A stretch of DNA of 64,000 nucleotides from Cyanophora paradoxa CCMP329 (lineage: Eukaryota; Plantae; Glaucophyta). Location: the NCBI GenBank assembly GCA_004431415.1, contig QPMI01000516.1:1-64000 (forward strand), written 5' to 3'. The notes under the pieces are model-generated. The model worked only from the letters and a program-made list of their open reading frames with translations, was not told the origin of the DNA and did not search any database. Below are positions 41,175-51,664 of this stretch, one piece after another (the first letter of the stretch is position 1; every line of letters starts with the position of its first letter). A program made the position numbers and the translations under genes.

Positions 41175-42868
41175 TCAGAATTTTGGGGTGGGGAGGGCGC
41201 ACCGGCCGGCTCGGGCCGGCCGCCTTGGGGCCGCCGCCTCCATCTGCTCGCCGAGATCGCGCCGCGCCGCCGGGGCGGGCGCGTCCTCCTTCTCGAACTT
41301 GAGGTTGATGTAGGCGACCTTGCCCTTGCCCTTGCCCTTCGCCTGGGCCTGGGCCTGGGCCACGCGCATGGCGCGCGCGAGGCCCTCCGCCGTGATCTTG
41401 CTAACTCCGGCCCCGTCGCCGGAGGCGGAGGCCGTCGCCTCGCCGATCGCCGCCTGGAAGGCCGCGGCCATCGCCCGGCCGGCGCGCGGCAGGCTCCGCG
41501 CCCGCTCGAGCTCCTCCTCCGTGAAGTCCAGCGCCCGGGCCGCGGCGGCGGCCTCGGCGTCGCGCTCCTCCTCGGAATCCGAGCCGGAATCCGAGGACTC
41601 CGTGGCCGCGAGCATGGGGCGGGGGCGGGAGGCGGCGGCGGCGGCGGCGGCGGCCGCCTTGTCGAAGACGGGGACGAAGAAGGCGAGGGCGAGGGTGCGC
41701 CGCGGCACCACGTACTTCACGGCGCCGTGGATCATGGGGCGCCCGTGCGAGTCCGGCATCGAGCACCGCCGGATGACCTGCGAGGGGGTTTAAATGGCAT
41801 CTAAATAGTCTAAATAGCATCTAAATAGTCTAAATAGCATCTAAATAGCATCCAAATAGAAACGGCACACCTGCACGCGGTCGCCGATGGTGACGCCGGG
41901 CACCTCGAACTCCGGAACCAGGTCGAAGGCGCAGATGCCCTGGCGCCCGTGGCGGTCCCGGCACGTCCGGCAGGCCGCCTCCAGCACGATGCGGATGGCG
42001 TAGGCGTCGGTGAGGACGCCGGTGTCCGGCCGCTCGCCCCAGACCGCCGAGCTCTCGTGGCGCGTGATGAAGTCGCGGCTGTTCTGCTTGATGCAGCGCA
42101 CCTCGATGCCCATGATGCCCTTCGCCAGCATCTGCGGGCCGGCGGGGGTCGGCGGGGAGGGGCGGCCGCGGCTGCGCGGGCGGCTGGGGCGCACCTCGGG
42201 CTTGTAGGCCGGGTCCGAGCTGAGCACCAGCAGCCAGAGCAGGTGCCCGGCCGCCTCCGCCATGCGGTTGAAGTAGAACTCCTCCGGGCCCGTCAGCAGG
42301 CCAATCGTGCGCCACTCGCCCTTGGCGATGTGCCGGGGCACGGCGCCCATGAGCAGCCGCAGGCGCTGCGCCGCGAACAGCCGGCGGGCGTCGGCATCGC
42401 GCCCGGGCTTCGGCTTGCTCGGCGTGTCGAAGTTCTCCTCCGTCATGTTCAGCGCCGCGTGCATCGCCCGCACGTCCGCGTCCTGCGATGCGCCGCGGCG
42501 CCTCAGCCGCTGCGAGCGCAGAGAGAAAGAGGCAGCGAGCACCTCCGCGAGCCGCAGCCGCGACAGGACGGAGTCGATGGAGAACTGCACCGACGGGCCG
42601 GGGGCGCCCTCGAGGTTCAAGGTCCGCGCCGCGGCCAGCTTGCGCTTGCGCTCGGCCAGCTCGGTCTTGCGCAGCACATCCTTGCTGTTCGGGCTGAACT
42701 GCATGCCGTCCTCCAGCGCCCGGGCCTGCGCCTCCTTTGCCTGGTCGCTGATGCCGGCCTCGAAGACCGTCCAATCGATGCCAAAGCTGTCGCCGATGCA
42801 GAGAACGTCGTACAGCGTGTTCCTCGCCAGCTTAGCCGGGATCTCCGGAGGGAGCGCGAGCCGAGACA
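41175..42868 (-). CDS. Intron-containing hypothetical protein (possibly the N-terminal part of the helicase gene)
   Basis: Introns 42132-42194 and 41778-41870 join the ORFs in frame; a 34-nt GTGCGC..AG intron at 41169-41202 would fuse it in frame to ATG 41146. Confidence 0.65.
41791..41859. repeat. CTAAATAG(CAT/T) minisatellite inside a predicted intron
   Basis: About seven tandem TAAATAG-type units. Confidence 0.85.
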
Positions 42869-43209
42869 TGCTGCCGCCGCTGCTGCTGCCGCCGCTGCTG
42901 CGCGCGCTCTGCTGGGAGTGCTGCGCGCGCTGCGAAGGTTCTGGCGCCAAGTTCCCAGCCGATTTGAACGAGCGGCCTGCATTGCATCGCCAGAGAGAAA
43001 AAGCGAGAAACCGACGGGGGGTTGCAGCCTGGGGGGGTACGCGATTTTGAGGGGGGGAGAAGCGCGCTTCAAGTCTGAGTCTTTGCGAGTTAGGGGGGGA
43101 AGAAGTCAACGGGGGAATAAACCGTGAACGGAATCCGTTGAGACGTTGTTGTGAACCCCGCGGGCACTAACAGCTGCGCACGTAGTTCGTTAAACCCGTC
43201 TGCCGCACC

Positions 43210-45729
43210 ATGCAGGCGGCGACCTTCCGCTCGTGCGCGAAGCAGCAGCAGCCCGGCGAGCAGGACAGCATAGCCCGCGATCTCGGCAGCCTGTCAGCGG
43301 AGGAGGCGCTCAACGCGATGACCTACGATAGCGTGTTCAACTCGGCCGGCGTGCCGCGCTTCGAGCCGTTCGGCGGGCTGAAGAAGATCCAGAACACGGA
43401 CGGCCACCCGAAGCACTTGAAGACCAAGGGCCAGTTCACGCCGGTTAATAAGTTCAACGAGGTTCGCGGTTTCGCCCGCACCGCTTCGGCCCCGGCTCAC
43501 ATGCCCCGGCTCGCGTGCCCCGCGCGCAGATCGTGCCTTACAGCATTCACGAGCTGCCGGAGTATGTGAAGGCGAAGTACGGCTTCACGCACGGCGATGT
43601 GGCGCTGTTGCTGATGTCCGACAATGCGGCGGCGGGCTGCTTCAACAGCATCGCGCTCCATCGCGATTTCCATCCGCGCGCGATCTTCTCCGGCACTCCG
43701 GAGCAGAAGGAGTTCCTCGCGGACCTCAAATCCGGCAGCGGCGGCGCCCACGGGGTGAGGGCCCTTCCCTGCGCTCGCGTGCCCGCGCTTGCTCACGCGC
43801 GGGCCGCCGCAGCTCTTGATCGCGCGGGATCAGTGCCTGGCGTCGGTGACGGAGAAGGAGAAGGCCAGCCCGTCCGGCCTCGGCGTTCGGTGCGATTACG
43901 TCATCGTCACCAAGCGCATCAACCCGACGTACGCCAAGAAGTACGACCTCAACTTCGTCTACGTGAAGGAGGGGCCGCCGGCCTCGCAGTACACCGTCAC
44001 CGTCCAGGCCGGCATCTGCGCCGGTGAGACCATCCAAGGCGCGTACCACGGCGTCGGCACGCTCCCGTCCGGCGGCTTCTTCGACGTCGTTGATCACATG
44101 TTCCTCTCCTGCGCCGATGACATTTACGTGCGCGAGAGCCCGCCCTTTCCCCTTTCCCCTGCCCCTGCGCGCGCTAAGGTCGCGTCCGCAGGTCGGAGAG
44201 AACCCGAGCGCGGAGAGCCCGCTGGGCTACGCGTACTGGCTGGTCAGCGTGCAGAAGGTGCTCTCCTGCGCGGCCCTTCGGAAGTACGCCAGCGTCTGCG
44301 ACTCCGGCATGCGGCCCCAGCTCCAGCTTCTCGTGGATCAGGGCCGGAGCGACGAGGCCCGCCAGCGCCACCGCGATCTCGCGCGGGCGGCCGTGCTGAA
44401 GCTGGAGGAGGTTCTGCGCGAGGGCCACCCAAACGGGCCGGCCCGCGCCCGTGAGATCCTCTCGGTGGCCATCTCCGTGATCGTCGGCGAGCTCTCGCAC
44501 ACGGTCCGCCGCCGCCCCGCTTAGCCCGCCTCTCCTCCCTGACCCCGGGCCCTCGGAGCGCAGGAGGAGTCGGACGTTCTCACGGCGCGGGCGGACGAGT
44601 TCCAGCGCCAGGCGGAGAAGATCAAGTGCTGGTACGAGAAGGTGAAGAAGGCGGAGGAGACGGACCTGCGCGACTGGGGCAGCAAGAGCGGCGACGCCGA
44701 ATTCGACCGCGACAAGCTCAAGCGCGTCTTCTACTGGATGCGCATCTGCGCCAAGCTGGAGGCGCTGATGGACGAGTGGCACATCGAGGGCGTCCGTCTG
44801 GCGAAGGCGATGATCGCCATGGAGTGGGGCCACGGCCACCCGGCGCGCAAGGAGTGCAGCATGCTGGCCAAGGAGATCGGCCGCCGGGCCGCTACATCAA
44901 GGAGGTGGCCTACGGTATCGAATGTGCGTCCGCCCCGCCCTTGGCCTGCGCCCCGCCCTTGGCCTGCGCCCCGCGCTCTCCCCGCTCACCCCTCTCCCGC
45001 AGTTACCATCCCGCTCGTCCAATTCTTCCAGCGCGAGTTTGTGCTGATCCAGGCCTCCATCATCAAGATCGGGTCGCTCTCCGCCAAGGAGGTGGACGAG
45101 GCAAGGGACGAGGGCCAGGCGGAGGCGGAGGCGCGCTGGGACGATGCGGCGTTCAGCGCCGTCTGGGGCGTCGGGGACAACGCGCTCTCGCCCCCGCCCC
45201 GTTCGGCTTCAGCGGGCGGCCCGCGCTGGCGTTCGACGAGCACGGCCTCCCCGAGCTGGCGGAGGCGGACGCCGTCGGCTTCAACTGGGCGACGTTCGAG
45301 GCCCGCATCGACGAGAAGGCGAAGGAGGCGCAGATGCGGCTGCTGGAGGAGGGCCTCGTCCCGGCGCCGGTGCCCGCGCCCTTCCCCCTTCCTCTCCTCC
45401 TCGGCCCCTCTCACCGCCTCCTCCAGCCCCCGGCGTCCTCGGCTCCGGCGTCCTCGGCTCCGGCGTCCTTGGCTCCGGCGTCCTTGGCTCCGGCGCCCTC
45501 GGCCCCGGCCCTCTGCCCCACCTACGGAGAGAGGTGTGCCCACCGCGCCGATTGCGCCCTCAACGGCTCCCACCTCCTGCCCGCCAAGAAGGCCCGCCTC
45601 GGCCTCTTCTCACCCCACCCTCTCAGCCCGGTGAGTGACTCTGAATCGGAGGGCTCGGAGGCCTATAGCACGCCCCGCGACCCCGACGCCCCGCCCCACA
45701 AGGCCGGCGCCTTCGGCTTCTGTGAGTGA
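43210..45729 (+). CDS. Intron-containing protein of unknown function (at least 5 introns)
   Basis: Introns 43462-43529, 43755-43812, 44128-44191, 44504-44563 and 44924-45002 link successive ORFs; apparent 1-nt indels at ~44880 and ~45190; 3' end uncertain. Confidence 0.7.
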
Positions 45730-46302
45730 CGCCCCCGCGCAGGCCCTCTCGGCGCCGCCCGTCGCCAACCGCGCCGCCTTCGTCCAGGTGAGTGCCCGGG
45801 CTGCCGCGAGTGGCGGCTCGAGAACTTCTCGGCTCAGGTCCCCGCCACGCAGCAGGCCGGCGCGATCCCGGCCTCGCCGCCCGTGACCGTCGACGTCGAG
45901 GGCGGTATGTTCGAGATGGAGCTGGAGCCGGCGCCCTCGCAGGCCCTCGCCACCCAGGGCTCGGCCCCGGGCTCGCCGCCGCCGTCCCAGCCCTCCCTCC
46001 CCTGGTGCACGCCAACTCCAACATCTTCGAGGGCTGCTGAGGGCCCTGAAACGGTGCGCGCAGGCCCGTCCCGCCCTCCCAGAGCAAGTGGTCCACAACG
46101 CCATAGTGGACGCCATGTGGGATAACAGGGGCCGCCTCCCCCACCCCTTCCGCTACGTCTCTATGGCCCTCCGCGGCCTCGCCTTCCCGCCCCCCTGCAC
46201 CGAGCAGCTCAACCAAATCCTGCGCGGTCTGATTCATTACAGACTCGCCTACCCAGCCTGGGCCTGAGCTACACCAAGCTACGGTGAGTCCGACCAAGAG
46301 AC

Positions 46303-46354
46303 GTGTCCGGACCCTCCCTACTTTCTTTATAGATTATTGGAAAGGTCCGGACAC
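46303..46354. terminator. Hairpin with AT-rich loop between convergent genes
   Basis: GTGTCCGGACC ... GGTCCGGACAC abutting the YqaJ stop codon. Confidence 0.5.
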
Positions 46355-47010
46355 TAGAGGAGGGCGTACGACTTAAACTCGCGCAGCGCCGCCTGCTCCT
46401 CGCTGAGGTTCTCTGACTTCATTCGATCGCTGTAGGGCTCGGGCGGCGTGCCCTCCTTGACGTGCATCCAAAATAGATGTAAGCACTTCCTCATGAGCTC
46501 GATGTACCTCTCGTCGCGCCTGACGTACCACGTTTGCACGCGCAGAGGAGTGAAGCAAAAAAGTTCGGCCCACTCGCGGCCCGTGATGTCCAGAAGTCCT
46601 TGTAGTTGGGGCATGTAATAAGTAGGAACTTTATCGTACAGTTCGCCCTTGTACGGGCATTTCACCTCTAAAATTCTATCATTTCCTATAAGTCCGTCGG
46701 GACTACCGGCGAGGAACGGCATTTCTTTATGTTCGTGCAGTCCAGTATGTTTCACGTCCACGTTATTGTTCAGTGCCTTGTAGATAGAGACCGCGAGGGG
46801 CTCATAGTCATGCCCATAGGTTAGGGCAGGGTTGTCAAAGTTGTTTTCCTCCGCTATCCCGCTTAGCTCCGCCCAGAGGCGGGCCCTGGATTTCCAGGGA
46901 TTTATGCCGCACGCAGCCGCAAAGTTCGAGGCAGTTAGCTTTTCGCGGCGCGCCGCGTGCCACGCCGCGCTCCCCTGTTGCAAAGTCTCGCAATCTGTAT
47001 CGGTATGCAT
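46354..47010 (-). CDS. YqaJ/lambda-exonuclease family recombinase (PD-(D/E)XK)
   Basis: QGSAAWHAAR..LTAS, GHDYE, LAGSPDG, LEVKCP, YYMPQLQ. Confidence 0.93.
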   Translation of the reverse strand: MHTDTDCETLQQGSAAWHAARREKLTASNFAAACGINPWKSRARLWAELSGIAEENNFDNPALTYGHDYEPLAVSIYKALNNNVDVKHTGLHEHKEMPFLAGSPDGLIGNDRILEVKCPYKGELYDKVPTYYMPQLQGLLDITGREWAELFCFTPLRVQTWYVRRDERYIELMRKCLHLFWMHVKEGTPPEPYSDRMKSENLSEEQAALREFKSYALL

Positions 47011-47060
47011 AGCTTAGCCTCGCAGTGGCGTTTAGAATTTCTTGATGTGTGCAATTGCAA

Positions 47061-47758
47061 ATGTCCGATGCAGAGGAAGCGCCCAAGGACGTGATCGCAC
47101 AGTTCATAGATCAGGTCAAGGACCTTAGACGCTGGGTGGTAGAGCAGGCCTCGCGACCGAATCGACAGCGCCAACCCTGGCCGGTGCTAGAGCTGGCCCG
47201 GGCAGGGTGGCTAGACACGCATTACAACTCTGGCGGGGCCCTTTACGTTCGGAGCCACGACGAGGGCAGGATTATCGACGAGTTCAAGCGCATCTGGTTC
47301 GCCCTGGGCTCCAAGCTCAGCATACTCTCGACCCTCCCGGACCACATTCGCATGCAAATCCTCGAGTGGTACGCGAAGGCAAGGGACTCGCAATGGGACG
47401 ACGTAAATTTGCGCGACCTCTCGCGCTTGCGCTCGGCTGTGACGGCGTATGTCACAAACTATGATTATCACGTCAAAAAGCCCCAATTCGAAGTTGAGCC
47501 AATTCCGATGAATCTGGTACCCCTGGGATGGGAAGAGTACCCCGAGTACTCGTGGAACAGGGGCCTCAACCCCCGCGCCAGGCCCTGCCAGCCCCGCCCG
47601 CCCCACCGATAAACGGCCCCGCCCCGCGTGACGTCAGACGGGACATACGCGAATGGGAGGAGTGGAGCAACGACCCGAAGAACTGGCTACCCGGGGAGGC
47701 GGAGCTGCGCAAGCGCGCGAGGCTGATGCCCGGCGACAGGTACCCCGACCGCGAGTAG
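47061..47758 (+). CDS. Hypothetical protein, probable frameshift near 47590
   Basis: ORF 47061-47612 appears to continue in frame 47528-47758; divergent from YqaJ. Confidence 0.5.
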
Positions 47759-47795
47759 GGGGTACAGGTATAAATTCTCAGCGAGCCGCGAGCAA

Positions 47796-48521
47796 ATGTC
47801 GTACGGCGATCAGGAAGCATGGTTCAAGCTACACCGCCTCTTTCCTGATAAATTCGGCAATGCGCGCTACCCCCTCAACCTAATGACACGAGTCAACCGG
47901 CGGACCAGGGAATTCAAAATCGAAGTGTTTTCATCGTCCCCCGAGAGCGGCCGCTCCGCGGACAACGACTCCATGGCATGGTTATACGGCTTCGTCCAGC
48001 CTCGCGTCGGCAATAAGCCAGCCACCGTCGAAATAGAAAGCTACTACAACGATTACGGGCCGCAGGGGGGGTACGGGACGCCCGAGCAGAGGGATTCGAT
48101 GCGGGGGGCGGGCAAAATCCTGATGCGGGCCGCTGTAGACGCACTGCAGCGCTCCGGGCTCATTAGCTCGTCGGACCCGGGCGAGCACGCGGTGGAGCTC
48201 AGGGCCCTCCCGGACGCAGTGGAGTACTACGAAAGGGAATTGAGTCTGCGCAAGAGAGACCTCGCCTTTCTCACCTACACACCGTCCCTAACACCCATGG
48301 AGGGTACGGTGCAGAACATCATCGACAACACGTACAACGTGGCCGTTCGCTGGCGCAAAGCGGCGGCGGATCTCGTAAAGGGCAACTACAAGGACCTCGC
48401 AGACGAAGACAACCCCGTGGGGGAGTACATGGAGCTGGCAAGCGGGAGCATCGTACCCCGCCGGAGGCCCCCAAGGCCCGACCCCGACCTCGAGTGGGGA
48501 CCGTCGCACTTCGGCCAGTGA
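47796..48521 (+). CDS. GNAT-like acetyltransferase-fold protein
   Basis: MRGAGKILMRAAV acetyl-CoA loop; VELRA..AVEYYE. Confidence 0.5.
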   Translation: MSYGDQEAWFKLHRLFPDKFGNARYPLNLMTRVNRRTREFKIEVFSSSPESGRSADNDSMAWLYGFVQPRVGNKPATVEIESYYNDYGPQGGYGTPEQRDSMRGAGKILMRAAVDALQRSGLISSSDPGEHAVELRALPDAVEYYERELSLRKRDLAFLTYTPSLTPMEGTVQNIIDNTYNVAVRWRKAAADLVKGNYKDLADEDNPVGEYMELASGSIVPRRRPPRPDPDLEWGPSHFGQ

Positions 48522-48561
48522 GGGGGTACGGGTAGATATTCTCAGCGAGTCGCATTGCTCT

Positions 48562-48653
48562 TGTCCCGGGTCCCTGGAATCTTAATATAAATTTTCCGGG
48601 GACCCGGGACACTCCCGGTCAGACGATTCTTCAATTGGGGGTTCAATTGGGGG
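48562..48653. repeat. 18-bp stem hairpin with TCTTAATATAAATT loop, followed by tandem TTCAATTGGGGG x2
   Basis: Arms 48562-48579 / 48594-48611 (one mismatch); direct repeats 48630-48641 and 48642-48653. Confidence 0.9.
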
Positions 48654-51600
48654 TACAGAATTCAGTTAGAGCCTGAGCCTAGTCAGAGGCCGGGAGGGCC
48701 CCCCTGGGGGTACGTCGGCTGTTACTCCCCGCGTCGGTTAGTGCTAGCCCCCCTGTTAGTGCGGGGCGTACCTGATCGCAATATAACACCCAAACCTCCA
48801 TGACGCGTGACTCATGCAACCTCCGAGGGTTAACAATGCATTGACAGCGAAGGGGCAAGCTCGAGAGCTCGACCTTTGGCAAGAGCCCACCATATATATA
48901 GCTGACCAGCTGGCCCAGTGGATATGGCCATGGATTCCGATTCCGCTGACCAGCCGCTGGCTGGCAGAACCCCAGCGGGTCAGCCTAGCGAGACGGTCAA
49001 GATCTGAATCCGTGAAAGCAAGCCTGGCAAGCTTTAGTCGTCATATGCATATGCATGGTGTTGGACGCGTCGAACCGACTCGAACGCTGCGCGCGCGCGT
49101 GTGCCGGGCCCGCGGCCAGCAGTGCCCAGCACTAGTACTGCGCATGCCGCGAGTGCGCATGCGGCATGCATGCGCATAAAGCTGCATATATGCATGTGCA
49201 TGTGTTTGCGCTGTGCATGTGGCAGCGCGGCCGGCCGTAGTATCAATCCGTCCGTATACGTATACGCTGATCATGAGCCGTCTCCGAGTTTGTAAGCAGC
49301 CTCTGCAACCGCACGCGCGGCGCCCGGCAGCTGCAGCCTCTGTAGCTGGGCCCGCGGCCATGGCCATATGCATGGGCAATTGCAACCGCGGCCTGCCATC
49401 GGTATTGCCATTGCAACCGGTGCCAACCCCGCGCGGCCGGCGTCGGCATTCGCACCTGGACAGACGGCGGCAACACCCGCTACGAGCGCATATGCGCATG
49501 CGTGCGCATCAGGCATCAGGCCCAGATCATCCTTCGACGCGCATAACCTCGCGATCGATAGGAGCAGCGCGTACACACATATATATGGCAGCACCGGCTT
49601 TCCGCATGCTGCGGCCATCGCCTGCCGAGGCGGTGCATGCATGTGGACTAGTACTCGAGCCCGTGATCGGAGCGAGCTCGAGCACGCTCAGAAAGGGCGA
49701 CGCCAGCTTGCTATCCGGCCGCGGCCAGCGCCGGCGCCGGCGCCCGCCTCGAGCTCGCAATCGGATGCGGCAGCCGAGGATTTCGAATTCCGCGGCCGCT
49801 AGTGCTGCATTTCGAATTCGCACGCAGCCGAATCCAGCACGCGCATACGTGCGCGCGGTACTGTCCACCGGCTCCGCGGCCGGCGCCATCGCCGCCTTTC
49901 TCGTAGTGGCAGTTGCCCTCGCGCTGCTCCCGCGGACCCTCGGTCAGGGTACGTTTCTGTACATGTGCCATTAATATTGCTTCCGGATTCGGCCTGCCGC
50001 CCCCTACGTATGCCCATTTGCAATCCCTCCGCCCCTCCAACCTCCTTAAGCTTCCCCTGCCGCCCCCCCCCCTCCCCTCCTTCTCCCCCTGCCCCCTCCC
50101 CTGCCACCCCCCCCCCCCCCCCCCCGCCCCGCACCCCCCCCCCCCCCCCCTTTCGAATTCTTCCAACCATCCATATCCTCCGGCCCCCGCCCCCGCCGGG
50201 CCCCCGGCCCTTCCTTGATCTCCTCTAGACAACGACATGCATTTTACTGATGCAGATCGCTTCCCAACGCATGCGCAGCCGGTCTCGACCCCTCGCCGGA
50301 GGCCTACAGCGTATCGTTCAAAGCGCACACGCCGCCTGCCTTTGGACGCCGCATGAGGGCGGATTTGGTCTTCTTTCGCAACGCGAGCGGAAGCTCCAAA
50401 CTCCTGCTCATCGGCGGGGGCGTCGACGAGGCCTGGGTCTATGATATTGGCGCGTTCTGTTGGCACTTGAACCGAATCCAGCTCAGAAATTAATCATAAC
50501 GCCCGTGCGCAGGCGCTGACCGGTGGGAGCTGACACCCATGAAAGTCCCGGCGGGTTATGGCATCTCTTTGTACGACATCAAATGCATCTGGGATGAGGC
50601 GTCCAAGATATAGTGAAGCATTGTATTTTAATGGTTAGATGCATTACATCCTTCTAATCTTCTCGAAGTTGCACTGGAGCTCGAGGGGGCAGCATTCCTT
50701 TTGGAAACTGCTGGTATTGTTTCGGTATGATTTCTCATGATTAATAAGCAAACTCTATTGCCGTCTAACCTCTTCCCTCGCCTTTTTCTGCATTACCCGG
50801 GTGCAGAGACAGACTCTGGAGACTCAAGAATCCAATCGAGCAATCACTTCTGGTCCTTTCCAACAACGATGGACTTGGCTGGTATAGAAATGCTACCGCA
50901 CTCTATTCCCTTATTCGGCCGCAACGATCACTGTGCGTAGTACGTGCTGGCTCTGTTGCGAATTGAAGTGCAATTGCTACTTAACGATCAGCGATCGCGC
51001 GAGCTTCTGAATCTCCATTTTATATTTCGAAGTGCCAGTTTGCTGAGCTTTAAAACTCTGACGCGTTCCTGCATGCACAGGCCTAACGTATTACAACGGA
51101 AGTATCTATGTGCGTGGCTTTAAACAGACATGGATATATGCATCGATTTGTTTTTCAAATTGACCTACGTGTACTCCGACTCATCGCTCGACATTTGGCG
51201 ACCAGGCCGCTGCAGGAACGGCCGGAGGGGACTGCTATTCATTTTCAGCGTGCCCAAATTTCGAGTCCCTCACATCACAGCCGGGTTCAGGCTACCGAAA
51301 CGATCTCGTCCGGTGCTACGGATCGCGATCGCGATTTCGTCTTATGTCCTCTTATATTTATTGTTTGGAGGGGGACATCCTCGCCCTTCGACAGATACTC
51401 CATCGCAAATCGCATTTGGACTACCGAAATTTCGCTCTGGCAATCGACAATGACGCCACGAAAATTCCCGATATGCGCTCGGAGTGGTGCGTGCTTACAA
51501 ACCGCAACCGTATACTGTGACTGTATTACTGACGCTCGTTAACTCGCATCGCCCGAGCAGGCAGTCGATTTTATATCGCAGCCGGCTTAAACCTAAATAC

Positions 51601-51664
51601 CGCCGTCTTTTATAACGACGTGTAGTGCGCGGCGAATATCAAAATTGTCGGTTTTCATCGAAAT

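Larger units (their letters stand above)
8600..48700. mobile_element. Endogenous Mriyavirus-like small dsDNA virus (~40 kb)
   Basis: MCP, A32 ATPase, VLTF3, RuvC, two HUH endonucleases, SSB, YqaJ and SF3 helicase; no polymerase recognised; dense genes with a shared upstream motif. Right boundary is approximate. Confidence 0.85.

Noticed and set aside
543-45200. Programmed ribosomal frameshifting to explain the split genes
   Set aside because: Several shifts per gene at ordinary short homopolymers without slippery heptamers; sequencing error or decay is simpler.
12000-46300. Many long overlapping or antisense ORFs (e.g. 14106-15155, 18838-19941, 27921-29426, 37317-39806, 37529-39127)
   Set aside because: Shadow frames caused by high GC; Arg/Ala/Gly-rich with no motifs, and opposite or overlapping better-supported genes.
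49030-50220. Palindrome-rich (GCATGC, TGCA) tract and poly-C run, with ORFs on both strands
   Set aside because: Low-complexity host intergenic DNA with no coherent coding signal or defined repeat unit.
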